This document shows positions 46,749-57,197 of a stretch of DNA of 64,000 nt, piece by piece. The position numbers and the translations under genes were made by a program. The DNA is from Babesia bigemina (Eukaryota). The stretch is from the NCBI RefSeq assembly GCF_000981445.1, contig NC_027216.1, forward strand, positions 2,356,001 to 2,420,000. Reading direction: 5' to 3'. Under the pieces are notes generated by a model. That model saw only the letters and a list, made by a program, of their open reading frames with translations, made no database searches and had not been told where the DNA came from. Each line of letters opens with the position of its first letter. Position 1 is the stretch's first letter.

Positions 46749-49700
46749 TCAGCCATCGACATTGATGTCCAAGCACCCACCCTCCCGTAGCGTTATCCAG
46801 GTGGGATGACATAGTCTGCCAACGGGTGGCCTACAACTCAACAACCCAGCCAACCTACATCTTAACGCGGTGGCTACATCGTGTAATGAAATGGACATTA
46901 GATCACGTTGAATGGACAGTGAATTGAGTTCGTTCGGATCGGACCCGTGTAACTCTATACCGAAATTGTGGAAGTACGACACAAGCTCCCCGGTTGTCCG
47001 CGGCGTCCGCCTGGTGAGGCAGTTGAGGTAGGAGGACAGCGTCAGCAGAGGGTTATCGCCGCCGCAGCTAGGAGTGAGGATGGTGGAAAGGGTGATGCCA
47101 TTTTCCGATTTCTCAGGTAAATCATCCTTCCTGAATCCCATCCTGACGCGGCTCTTGAGGCAAGCGTTGCAAGGGTCGAAGGGGTGAGTCTCGAAGGTGG
47201 AGTCCCAGCCGTCAGTCAGGAAGGAGTGGAGGGGGGACGATGTCTTGATGTCACTGCCATATTTAGAATCCTGCCAACCACCAAGGGATTTACCTCGTTT
47301 ACACTGCGCCTTCAGGAACGCCAACTGGTGGCAGCAGGCGTAGACGTAGTCACGCAGCTGGCAGAGGAGACAGGCGGGGTCGGAGGAATAATGAAGCTGA
47401 CTATATACTGATTTGAAGTTGAAATTGGAAAACGCTTTGAAGTCATTGTTATGGGTAATCTTGTAGATAACGGTGGCCGAGTAGAGAGACGCTTCTGTCA
47501 GCTTATCGGCGACATGGGAACTGTTCAGGTTGTAAGGATCTCTGGTGACCTCGAGGGCATCTGGCATATCAAAGACATTCTTGTTAGCATTCTTTAGAAG
47601 GCACTCAACATACTCAGTAATCATCCCAATGAATCCATACGTATTCAATCCAACAAACCAGTAAAGCATTTCCCGAACGGTTCTGGGCGGGGGCAGATGG
47701 TCGGTGTCTGGGGAAGGGGAGGCAGGTGGAGGGGGTGTATCAGTTGAAGAAGTGTCAACGGACCAAGGGTTTTGGCATTCATCTGTGCTAAATGGGTTAA
47801 TTACGCGTTCATCTGCCTCCCTTGGAGAGTCACGTGGCATCCCGGGATCTTCATACCCTTCAAGTCCGATACGTTCCGGCGCAAAGTTCAGATCCAAATT
47901 AGTGTTAGGCAGGCCTGAGAAGCCTTCGTCCTCTGGAGGTTTGAACTCGTCTTTAAGGATATCGGCCGTGTTGGCGTAAGGGTCATCTAGGTCCACGTCG
48001 TTAAAAGTGCGATCGCCATGGTGAGCTAGCTCTATGGACAGGCCGATTTCGGGGTCTACTTTACGTACAGTGCGTTTCGGGAATTCTATTTGGAATCCCA
48101 TGGTTGGTTGTGGCTCAGTGAGGAACGTATCTCTAGGAATCGGCGAGGATGGCAATTCGGCGTCTGGGACGGGGGATCCGCCAAACATGGATTGTGGAAC
48201 TGGGCGTTCTATCTCCTGTAATACGGGAACATTGGTATCGGCTTTTGATGAATTTGTTAGACTGGTGCTGGAGATATTCAAAAATTTGGCCATTGATGGA
48301 TCGTCAAATGTTTGAGTGGTAATAGGGACGTGTCGAAGGATGGGAGGATGCTTATGTGCTGGCATAGCAATACCTGTTGGTTTCATACGAATAGGTTTTG
48401 TAAGCCGTGTAGGCGCCGGAAGCAATTGCATGGCTGATGTGCTAGGAATCTTGGGTGGTTTTATCGGGTGGCCCATTGTAATAGCATTAAATGCAGGAGA
48501 TTGTAGCGTCATAGACTTCGGTATGCCTTTGGACTCTGCTGTAGCATCTCCTATTGCCTGGGTGATCTGTGGCTCTGGTTCGACATGGTCCACGACAGTT
48601 GCTGTAACATCTGAAAATTTCATCCTAGCGCCATCGCTCAACTTCATCACGTCAAAAGATGATGAATCAATAGTATGCCCTTTTGGTATGTTCGTCTGAA
48701 TACCGCCTACAGATAACTCTTGAGTACCGTATATTCGTCGTTTCGTCCATTCTGCCTCCTCATCCTTCGGTTTCTGGATCCAGTCCTTTGCAACTTGAAG
48801 AAGTTTGCGCTGCTCCATTTGATCTTTGTAGTTTTGATACTGATTCAAATTTCGCCGCGCCGCTTCATATTGTTCTTGCATAATCCTTTTCCTCGGCGAG
48901 TCTTGCGACACAACTGTGCCGACGACCGGATTCAAAGTGTACAAATGGTGATCTACAAAAGCAGGTGGATACCGTATTGTATCGATTGCATTGCCTTCAA
49001 TAGCGTGCGGTAAAGATTGCGCCTTTTGTATAAATTCGTCTTGGTCCTTTCGGGCTTCGTCTAATCGTTGTTGCAACGCTTTAGCGTCTGCTTCTCTCTG
49101 CAAATTTGCAATTCCAAGACGTTTTATGGCATCGTTATACTTAGAATCTTGTATCATTCGTTCGGCTTCTTTGTCTGCATCATCTTTCAATTTTTTCTGT
49201 CCTTCATTTACATCGACCGAAACCTTCTGAAGAACTCTATTCATACGATATCTTTTTTCAGCATCACGCTTCTGTTCTTCAATAAGCTTGCTGTAATCTC
49301 TATCTAATTTGCGGTCGCTCAACCCATCCTGTAGAGCTTTTTTCCAATCTTCCACGGAATTGGTAATGAAAGGATCGGGTGGGGTCTCGCCATTTGTAAA
49401 CCACGATGGAACATAGTTGTCTTCCTCTATTGATTCGCCACCGAGATATATAGGACCGTCAACGTCTTGAAAACCTATGTCCCCATACCGCCTACCTCTC
49501 CCTTCTCCGGGTTCATAGTAACCACGTCCATTACTATTACGGCCACCGGTATTCTGACCGGAATGCCCGAGATCAGAACGGCTGGGCTGCCTTGGAATGG
49601 TGGAGGGTGTGGATGTTGGCGGATAATCACCAACGTTCTGCTTCTCTAATTTTTTGTTCCGCTGCAATCGGTGTTTGGCATCGGGATCTTGTACATTGTT

Positions 49701-52091
49701 TTCTATTTCTTCTACGTATTTCTGCTGTTGGAATTTCCATATGTCTTCTGCAGTATCTTTCAATGTTTCTTCAAGTTTCTTGGCGGCCTGCTTCCTCTTA
49801 TGCTGTTGCTTCGCCGCATAATTATCCAACTGCCTCTGGACTGTTCCTTCTTGTTTCTGTTTTTCCCATTGCTGTTCTGCAGCTATCTGTTGCATTATAA
49901 GATCAGAGCCATTATCATAATCGTCTGGGACCATTGTTCCCACTAATCCACCAAGGTCGGTTGCGCGGGTTGAAGAAAAAACATTCTGCCCATCTAGATA
50001 TGGCATGCTAATTTGCCGGTCGAGTATGCTTTTCTCATATGCTGCTTGCTTTCTACGTTCATCTTCTTCCAGTCTGCGCGTTTCTGCTGCTTTTTGCAAT
50101 CTAAGTTTTTCTTTATCTTGCTCTCTTATCTGTGCCATCTTCCTATCATATTCATTCTTGTCTTTATCCCACTTTTCGTGTATTTGCTGTTGTGCGGAGA
50201 GATCCCATTTTTTGTCATTTCTGGGACAATACTTTCCGTATCCTGACCCAAAATTATAAGATATGGCACCAGGGCACGTGGTCGAATTCCCAGAACTATC
50301 ACTGCCTGGTCGCTCACCTCCTCCAGCTCCACCGCCACCTGAACCGGAACTCGGCCCAGATGCCGTGTTACTGTCACTCGCACCTGAATGTGCTCCCTCC
50401 GCCTTCTTGCCCTGGTTCTGTGCTCCCTCCGCCTTCTTGCCCTGGTTCTGTGCTCCCTCCGCCTTCTTGCCCTGGTTCTGTGCACCCTCCGCTTTCTTGC
50501 CCTGGTTCTGTGCACCCTCCGCTTTCTTGCCCTGGTTCTGTGCACCCTCCGCCTTCTTGCCCTGGTTCTGTGCTCCCTCCGCTTTCTTACCCTGAGTTTG
50601 ATCATTGCCATCAACAGCACTCTGAGCTTTAGTGGCAGTCGGCTTCGCCGCCTCGGCCTTTGTGACCACAGATTTGGCGGCTTCGGTTTTGGTGTCGGCA
50701 GGTGGATCGTCTTCATCCTGCAACGGTTCATCTGCTTCATCCTCGGACTCTACATCAGACTCAGCTTCAGACTTTTCAGCTGGAGGCTGAGGCACGCCGT
50801 CTTTAGGCTCATCCGGTTGTCTTTCTTTATTTTTTTTTAGCTTACAGATATCACCATTCAAAATGTTCACAAGCTCATTCAATCCTTTACTCTTTTCTTT
50901 AAGCACCTTGATTACACCATCCCAATTCTCGTTCAAAATCTGAAACCTATTGCTTCCCGTTCCAGCGTCGTGACCATAAAAAGTGAATCCGTACGGAAAA
51001 AAGTTCTTGTTGAAATATTTAGTAAGTGCTGTTCTATCTTTCGTAGCCAGGGCATTACGATTAAATAATCTTTCATTCACTCTAACATTTGTCCTAAAAG
51101 AACTAATATTATCCAAATTCTTTATCACCTCACTTAAATTTGTTCTAAACCAACTAGCCATCTTCTTAGCAATGGATTGTTTACTGAGTTTGTCAAGATC
51201 CCGCGCATATCCAGTAAAAGAAAAATGCTTCTGTTTGAAAATTTTCTCAAGAGGCCCTATGAGTCCAGCACAATGTGCTTTTAATTTTTCCCACTCAATA
51301 CATTTATCTTTCGAATATAGATGGCCTTTAAAATCTTGCTCATCTCTCACCTCTGCAAATATTCTGCAAAAGTCTCGCACCAAGCGAATAGCGTTGGCTA
51401 CGTTTGGAATTTGTGTTCCAGACGTTGACAACACAGTCGTGGAATAAACATCGAGGAAAAGATTGTTAGCATTAGTATTCTTGTCCAATATTTTTTGAAG
51501 GTCACCTGCCATATCAGTACCGTTGCGATAACCCTGTCCCATGGGGTACCTATAGCCTATTTTTAGCTCACTGAGCTCAAATCCTCCAGGTATAACACCG
51601 TATACATTGTTACTCTTTGCAACTAGATATTTATCAATATCAGTAACAAGGTTCATAAGTGCATCTAACCGCATACCAATTGTAGCGTACATTGAAACCA
51701 CTCCAACTTCCTTATCCGCCCACCCCCCTCCGCCAAGCGCAGCAAAGTTTCGGTCCACATGGTATCGCAAAAAGTAGAACGCGGATAAAATTTGTGGAAT
51801 ACATGCCAAGAGGGCATTAAGGGCGGGTTTGGTTTTTTTTTCGCCAGTATAACTGCCACGTGGAGAAGTGCATAACTTCTTATGAAAGACTGACAGGTTA
51901 TTAAGAAATTGGGACAACGCGATTTCAATTTGCGTTTGATCAACACCTTCATATTTATCTTTAAGGAGTCTATACAGTCTATTTGCCACCTGACTTCTAA
52001 CAACGCTACGTTTACGATCATTCAGCCACTCCAAGAATTCCAAGCACTCTTTGAGAGTCTTGAAATCAGGAACGCTACCCTTAGCCGCCAT
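46749..52091 (-). CDS. Giant ves-related variant antigen ('ribosome-binding protein 1-like' Babesia family), probably 3'-truncated
   Basis: FKTLKECLEFLEWL N-terminus, GGGGW, IPGGF, PPPRTVREMLYW, LLCQLRDYVYAC, SRVRMGF, CLTRRTPRTTGELVS; NQGKKAEGAQ repeats. Confidence 0.85.
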   Translation of the reverse strand: MAAKGSVPDFKTLKECLEFLEWLNDRKRSVVRSQVANRLYRLLKDKYEGVDQTQIEIALSQFLNNLSVFHKKLCTSPRGSYTGEKKTKPALNALLACIPQILSAFYFLRYHVDRNFAALGGGGWADKEVGVVSMYATIGMRLDALMNLVTDIDKYLVAKSNNVYGVIPGGFELSELKIGYRYPMGQGYRNGTDMAGDLQKILDKNTNANNLFLDVYSTTVLSTSGTQIPNVANAIRLVRDFCRIFAEVRDEQDFKGHLYSKDKCIEWEKLKAHCAGLIGPLEKIFKQKHFSFTGYARDLDKLSKQSIAKKMASWFRTNLSEVIKNLDNISSFRTNVRVNERLFNRNALATKDRTALTKYFNKNFFPYGFTFYGHDAGTGSNRFQILNENWDGVIKVLKEKSKGLNELVNILNGDICKLKKNKERQPDEPKDGVPQPPAEKSEAESDVESEDEADEPLQDEDDPPADTKTEAAKSVVTKAEAAKPTATKAQSAVDGNDQTQGKKAEGAQNQGKKAEGAQNQGKKAEGAQNQGKKAEGAQNQGKKAEGAQNQGKKAEGAQNQGKKAEGAHSGASDSNTASGPSSGSGGGGAGGGERPGSDSSGNSTTCPGAISYNFGSGYGKYCPRNDKKWDLSAQQQIHEKWDKDKNEYDRKMAQIREQDKEKLRLQKAAETRRLEEDERRKQAAYEKSILDRQISMPYLDGQNVFSSTRATDLGGLVGTMVPDDYDNGSDLIMQQIAAEQQWEKQKQEGTVQRQLDNYAAKQQHKRKQAAKKLEETLKDTAEDIWKFQQQKYVEEIENNVQDPDAKHRLQRNKKLEKQNVGDYPPTSTPSTIPRQPSRSDLGHSGQNTGGRNSNGRGYYEPGEGRGRRYGDIGFQDVDGPIYLGGESIEEDNYVPSWFTNGETPPDPFITNSVEDWKKALQDGLSDRKLDRDYSKLIEEQKRDAEKRYRMNRVLQKVSVDVNEGQKKLKDDADKEAERMIQDSKYNDAIKRLGIANLQREADAKALQQRLDEARKDQDEFIQKAQSLPHAIEGNAIDTIRYPPAFVDHHLYTLNPVVGTVVSQDSPRKRIMQEQYEAARRNLNQYQNYKDQMEQRKLLQVAKDWIQKPKDEEAEWTKRRIYGTQELSVGGIQTNIPKGHTIDSSSFDVMKLSDGARMKFSDVTATVVDHVEPEPQITQAIGDATAESKGIPKSMTLQSPAFNAITMGHPIKPPKIPSTSAMQLLPAPTRLTKPIRMKPTGIAMPAHKHPPILRHVPITTQTFDDPSMAKFLNISSTSLTNSSKADTNVPVLQEIERPVPQSMFGGSPVPDAELPSSPIPRDTFLTEPQPTMGFQIEFPKRTVRKVDPEIGLSIELAHHGDRTFNDVDLDDPYANTADILKDEFKPPEDEGFSGLPNTNLDLNFAPERIGLEGYEDPGMPRDSPREADERVINPFSTDECQNPWSVDTSSTDTPPPPASPSPDTDHLPPPRTVREMLYWFVGLNTYGFIGMITEYVECLLKNANKNVFDMPDALEVTRDPYNLNSSHVADKLTEASLYSATVIYKITHNNDFKAFSNFNFKSVYSQLHYSSDPACLLCQLRDYVYACCHQLAFLKAQCKRGKSLGGWQDSKYGSDIKTSSPLHSFLTDGWDSTFETHPFDPCNACLKSRVRMGFRKDDLPEKSENGITLSTILTPSCGGDNPLLTLSSYLNCLTRRTPRTTGELVSYFHNFGIELHGSDPNELNSLSIQRDLMSISLHDVATALRCRLAGLLSCRPPVGRLCHPTWITLREGGCLDINVDG
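50391..50595 (-). repeat. 30-bp coding tandem repeat, about 7 copies, (NQGKKAEGAQ)n
   Basis: tgc(t/a)ccctccgc(c/t)ttcttgccctggttctg repeated head to tail. Confidence 0.97.
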
Positions 52092-52510
52092 CCTATCCAC
52101 TTCCAGTCACCCACTAACCCACCCTTACAAAACTTCACCACTAGCCTCCAGGACTATGTGAACTGGGAAACACTACAGTGATCACACCTCTAAGGTGACG
52201 CCGCTTAATACAGCATGGCAGACAACTAAGTGTGCTCGGTGAAAGGGCTACGAAGTAAGACGCTGAATAACACCAATACGCATCATACTGTAACAATGAC
52301 GCACCTAAACCATATTGCAAAATCCATGAACCATCACAAGAATCCTATAGACATACCACTCACCAGAGGAGGGAAGGCGACAAGGCAGGGCAGCCATGCT
52401 GGAGTGAGGAGGTGGAGCGTGGTATCGAGGTGGTATTAACAGTAGGGATTGTGGGTGTAAATGGAGCAGTAAAAACAGACATTTGATTAGACCTTAGGTG
52501 AGGCGGTATG
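52092..52510 (-). promoter_or_regulatory. Conserved upstream/5'UTR block of the giant variant gene; inverted homolog of 57932-58312
   Basis: Reverse-complement similarity, e.g. GTGTTATTCAGCGTCTTACTTC, ACACTTAGTTGTCTGCCATGCTGT, CCCTCCTC(A/T)GGTGAGTGGT. Confidence 0.75.
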
Positions 52511-52655
52511 TCAGCTGCTCGGCCAGTAACTAGCTCAGGTACTTGGTCACCACTTTGGTCAGGTGCTAGGTCACCTCACTGCTCATGTGATTTGTCATCA
52601 ACGCAATCGTTACTGTCTAGACATTAGATGTCAGTTGGCAGTTAAGTTATTCTGC

Positions 52656-53096
52656 TTAGCTGCGCAGTAGATACCGCACCCTGTGGAACGGCCGGATGCG
52701 GAAGTAGATCATGACACAGATGACGACGATGATGAGGGCGACGGGGACGATGATGTAAGGGGCGGGGTTGGAGGGAGAGGTAGATGGTGGACCGGTGTGA
52801 GGATCTGCACGGGGGGGAGAGGCGGCACGGGAGGAAGAAGAGCCACGCTGTGGACTGGGGGAATCAGGGGAACGATATACTTTTATGCGTTTCGCGACAC
52901 AACAGTTACATTGACACCTGGTGTCACATTGTTTACATCTCACATGATCGCACTGCTCTACTCCACTCATGAGCGAAAGTCGAAACTTAGCGCATCGAAG
53001 ACAATATTGCTCACATCCTCCACAACACCACGGACAACAATAACATTTAGTTAAGGTACAGGTTGTCTTACACTTACACGGCGGAGTATAGCTCAT
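52656..53096 (-). CDS. Small Cys-rich single-TM protein resembling a VESA1 Cys-rich domain plus C-terminal anchor
   Basis: 18 Cys in the first 66 aa, Pro/Ser linker, TM YIIVPVALIIVVICVMIYF, basic tail RIRPFHRVR; upstream 38-nt GT-AG intron 53126-53163. Confidence 0.6.
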   Translation of the reverse strand: MSYTPPCKCKTTCTLTKCYCCPWCCGGCEQYCLRCAKFRLSLMSGVEQCDHVRCKQCDTRCQCNCCVAKRIKVYRSPDSPSPQRGSSSSRAASPPRADPHTGPPSTSPSNPAPYIIVPVALIIVVICVMIYFRIRPFHRVRYLLRS

Positions 53097-54347
53097 CTTC
53101 CCCTCTCCCTCCCAGTCCCCTCAAACTGCAAACATATATCAATCACCTAAGCAACGCACTCACCAACCTGCAACCATGAACCACGTGCCCTTACCGCTGC
53201 AACTGCCAGCCCATTCTTGCAGGGCCAGTCCATTGACACCCGTATGCCGGCAGCTATACCACAGCCGCGTGTCATGCAGTACAGAGATAGCAGTCCCATA
53301 GGGAGGGTATATGTAGATTGCTTACCTTGCCTCACATATACCTGAGCAAGTGTATTGCAGGTTCTTAGACCCCAAAAGAATAGACGAGCTTTATTCATCA
53401 CTGCCCATGTTGCATTCGTGATGGATCATTAAAATGATTGCGATGCCGCTGGATTATTGGCCCCACCTGTCATCCGGCACGCATGTTATGCTACCAAAAA
53501 CAACGCGTCGCACTTCAGTAGGCTATTTAGTTTTCTCAACTTAGATATGATAGAAATACTATCCATAGCGTCTCACATAACGTTTTGTTGTTAATTCTGT
53601 ATCACTCAATGTTACACTGAACTTCAAATCCCAACGGTGATGGTGTCTAACCCCCTGCTGAACTGGGATTTCCCGAACGCTGTTCACCTGCTTCGGCGAC
53701 TAACCCCTTTTCCACCATGTTTGTCTTCTTATTACTGATTAACAACCCAACATGAGCAATCATGTTTTCTTGTTGCCCATCCCATCAATCTGTGGGCTGT
53801 CACTGAGCTGGGCAGCACCTATACAGTCGCAATTTGCATTTACCAATGTGACTTACTGCAACATTACATAACATCACATAGAGTCTATAGTGAGCATCTG
53901 ACGATGAATTAAGGCAGTAGGCGTGTGTTTCGCAACCCATTGTTCGACACGGCCAAACACCGAATGGTGGTCGCTCATCAACATTGGTGAAATAAGTGTC
54001 GTCCGTCGCTAAGCACCACGTATTACTCATTGCTACGTATTAAGGACGTTGTCAGTTTTTGGAATTGTGACCATACAGGGAAACGGTAGCAGCCCACCTT
54101 CCCAATGTATACAGGAGAAAGTGTATAACGAAGAAGTGAGACGTATTTTCATTTCAATCTACTAACCAGGCATTATGTTTTACACAGAAGTTATAATGAC
54201 TAAAAAATGCTATTGGATTTGCAACTACAGGAATTTCAACAAAAACCTATGATGCCACTGGAGACACAAACCAACATAACGACCAACATGCACTATGACA
54301 ATTAAAGTGGCTAATTGCCAAACAAGTTATCACACCATAGTTACCAA

Positions 54348-57197
54348 TTACTTGGCGTAGTAGTTCTCGATCTGGATGGTGGATAAAATGACCCCCTTGA
54401 TGGTGACGCAGCGACACTCCAACGGCGGCGTCTGGCGCAGCGTTTCGCCGGGTCCAATGAGTTCACTGTCGAACCGCAGTATAACAAAGTGATTACTCCG
54501 AGATGCTACAAACGACTTGCTGACATAGCTTACGTTCTTCACTTCACCGTTCACCCAGATCTGGTCGAAGCAGTTGGGTGGGTCCAGGACGTACGGTGCT
54601 GGGCAGTAGAACGCCGCTTCTTTAGCATTCTGAATGTCGATCTTGCAACCGATTTGTCGTCCGGAAGCGTCGTACAGTTGGGGTGTCTCAGGTTTAAACA
54701 GCTCATCCGATTCGTAAGTAACTCCGCAGCCTTGCATGTACGGGTCAGTGGTTTCGACGTGTATCTCAACGACGTGCCACGTGTATCTTACCGATGATCG
54801 TACGATATTGCCAGTCGACGGCGAGGATACTTCACTATTGATAGTGATAAAATCTGACGGTTTAGGATATTTACCGCAGACAAAAGTCATGGGCACAAAA
54901 TCTATGTGAATCGGATTCTTAGATATAATAATGCCGCCTCTATTTGATTTGAAGCCCAATTCATGGACGGCAGGCGTTGACATCATTGTATGGACTTCGA
55001 AGCCACCTGGGGTAGTAGCAAGTGAATCGCTGTGCGACGTGTGAACTAGCGCAGACCTATCTGCCATATAATTTGCAGTATAATGATGATACTCATGCAG
55101 TCGTGGCAGCCACATTGGTCGTATCCTCAAGTTATTTGAATCGTACTGCGCCTCACGTTCAATATTACAGCTTATGATCAACGAGGTGCCTACATGCAGT
55201 GTTATGGGCACCCGTGGGATATACTGTATCATAAGCAATTCGGGTGGGGTAGTTCGGCCACCTGGCAATCCTAGTTCACTCAAAGGCACCAGCATATGGG
55301 TAACTAAAATTTTGGGTGCATCTTTGTGACGTACGGTGTACGTTTTACGGTCGCTTAGACTCTGATCGAATACTATTCTAGATTTTTCGTATCCTCGTTT
55401 ATCGACGCAGACGCAAGCATAGCTGAAGGGTCTATTATTTCGAAAGTCAAGTCTTAATAACTGAAATCCAAGGATACGCTTCATCATCACTGTCTTCAAA
55501 GATCCAGCAAGTGGCGTGATGCGATTGGATTTAAGATCGTATCCCGTGGAGTCACAATTATCTGGCATGAGCACTTCGTCCGGTAGGCAGTGTATACCAG
55601 CCCACAAAATGCTCGATTGTTTGTTGTATGTGCACTCGTATGTTTGTCCAATAGTGTTACTCCACCGTTTAGTTGAGCAATACATTTTGCTGATTTCCGA
55701 ATCGAATACTTTATGTGACGCACGGTCGCAACCAACCGTCTTGTAGTGATGTGTAAATGCGAATGACACATTCACTACAGCGCGAATATTATCAAATACG
55801 TAGTTGTTGATCGCCTTCAATGTCCAATGATAAAAAAACAAATTCAATCCCCTTATTAACGTAAGCGGCTTGTTTTCACGGTATTTCAGTTTTATCTCTC
55901 CTCGTGAAATATTGGAAGCATCCCACTCAAGGGCATCGCCAGCGATTACCTTATGGTAGATTACGTCTCTGTAAATATCATCATAAATTGTTGTAAGTTG
56001 TCTCAGCGTCATCAGGTTTTTCGGCCGGAATTCAGTTTTGAATAAATAATTAGGAGGAGTGCGAGAGCGTATAGATACTGGTGAATCTTTTTGAGAGGGG
56101 TCGGTGTCGCCATTTTCTATAGGGAATCTTATTGTCAATGTGCTGCCTGGGTGTAACACTACAGAGCACCAAGGGCCACGTATTGGGTGTATACGGTGGC
56201 GAAATATTTTGCTTGCGATATCGCAGACGTAGTCAGTTTTAGACCGTAGCTCCATCCTGGCCTTCACGCGGGATGTTTCTGGATCGACGCACTTGCATTC
56301 CCCATTGAATGGCGGGAATGCTAATTTCTGAAAATATTGCGCCACCACCCAAGGTCGATGATGATCAAAACTCCAATAGAAATGTGGTCTATGGGGAATC
56401 GTGATTTTACCGTCCGTGTCCAAGAGGGACTTCATGCAATCCGCGGGTTCAATTCGGCCTTCGCAAACAAATCCGATGCGAGCATTCGACATAGGGTCTA
56501 CTACACATGATCGCGTACCAGTAACGGGATCCACGGTAACTTCATAATCCGCATTAAACAGTGGCGAAAGTCGGCTGCCACAACCTTGAAGAGGCAGATG
56601 CGTCTCGCCTCTGTACAAGAAGAATATACCCAGACCCTTTCCAATTACCCCCAATTCATGAGCCAATGGTGTTACAGAGTTCCAAAGTAGTTGCCTCATT
56701 TGTGTGACACTCTCTAGTCGGTCCAGGTGACGCTGCAATATATCTGACAAGAACAAATCTCGGGGCCCACAGATGAATATCAGACGACGCTCGTTGATGA
56801 CGTAGAATTCATTCCTTGGTATGTCGAAGTGCAGGCGACTTTGCGACGGATTGGATTGCACTGTAACAAATTCAACAGGCCTATCAGTGACGACAACTTC
56901 CGCAATAGCGACGGAACGAATTTTGCCATTGCCACCAACGTATGCGTTATGATAACCGTTCTCAATCTTTGTAGGTTGTGGATGCCAGACGTATTCGGTG
57001 TTGTTGACTACGCGTGGACATATGACAGGTGGGAATTCAGAGAATTCGAAATATGTGTGGCAGCTAACGATGGCGTTGTTGCTCAGCAAGTCGTGTGGAT
57101 CTCCGAAGTCACAGATGAACGTCTCAATGGGCCGGAAAGAATACAGCATTGTTGCGCATAACGCCAACATAAATTTCATTACGATGGGACGTCCCAT
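54348..57197 (-). CDS. 6-Cys (s48/45-domain) family secreted protein, 949 aa
   Basis: Signal peptide; repeated modules QGCG...C..D......F.C......P..C...ECKC/ACVC/ECRC typical of s48/45 domains; no hydrophobic GPI tail (ends IENYYAK). Confidence 0.75.
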   Translation of the reverse strand: MGRPIVMKFMLALCATMLYSFRPIETFICDFGDPHDLLSNNAIVSCHTYFEFSEFPPVICPRVVNNTEYVWHPQPTKIENGYHNAYVGGNGKIRSVAIAEVVVTDRPVEFVTVQSNPSQSRLHFDIPRNEFYVINERRLIFICGPRDLFLSDILQRHLDRLESVTQMRQLLWNSVTPLAHELGVIGKGLGIFFLYRGETHLPLQGCGSRLSPLFNADYEVTVDPVTGTRSCVVDPMSNARIGFVCEGRIEPADCMKSLLDTDGKITIPHRPHFYWSFDHHRPWVVAQYFQKLAFPPFNGECKCVDPETSRVKARMELRSKTDYVCDIASKIFRHRIHPIRGPWCSVVLHPGSTLTIRFPIENGDTDPSQKDSPVSIRSRTPPNYLFKTEFRPKNLMTLRQLTTIYDDIYRDVIYHKVIAGDALEWDASNISRGEIKLKYRENKPLTLIRGLNLFFYHWTLKAINNYVFDNIRAVVNVSFAFTHHYKTVGCDRASHKVFDSEISKMYCSTKRWSNTIGQTYECTYNKQSSILWAGIHCLPDEVLMPDNCDSTGYDLKSNRITPLAGSLKTVMMKRILGFQLLRLDFRNNRPFSYACVCVDKRGYEKSRIVFDQSLSDRKTYTVRHKDAPKILVTHMLVPLSELGLPGGRTTPPELLMIQYIPRVPITLHVGTSLIISCNIEREAQYDSNNLRIRPMWLPRLHEYHHYTANYMADRSALVHTSHSDSLATTPGGFEVHTMMSTPAVHELGFKSNRGGIIISKNPIHIDFVPMTFVCGKYPKPSDFITINSEVSSPSTGNIVRSSVRYTWHVVEIHVETTDPYMQGCGVTYESDELFKPETPQLYDASGRQIGCKIDIQNAKEAAFYCPAPYVLDPPNCFDQIWVNGEVKNVSYVSKSFVASRSNHFVILRFDSELIGPGETLRQTPPLECRCVTIKGVILSTIQIENYYAK

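Noticed and set aside
50391..50595. 30-bp repeats as a CRISPR array
   Set aside because: No spacers, in-frame coding repeat, eukaryotic context.
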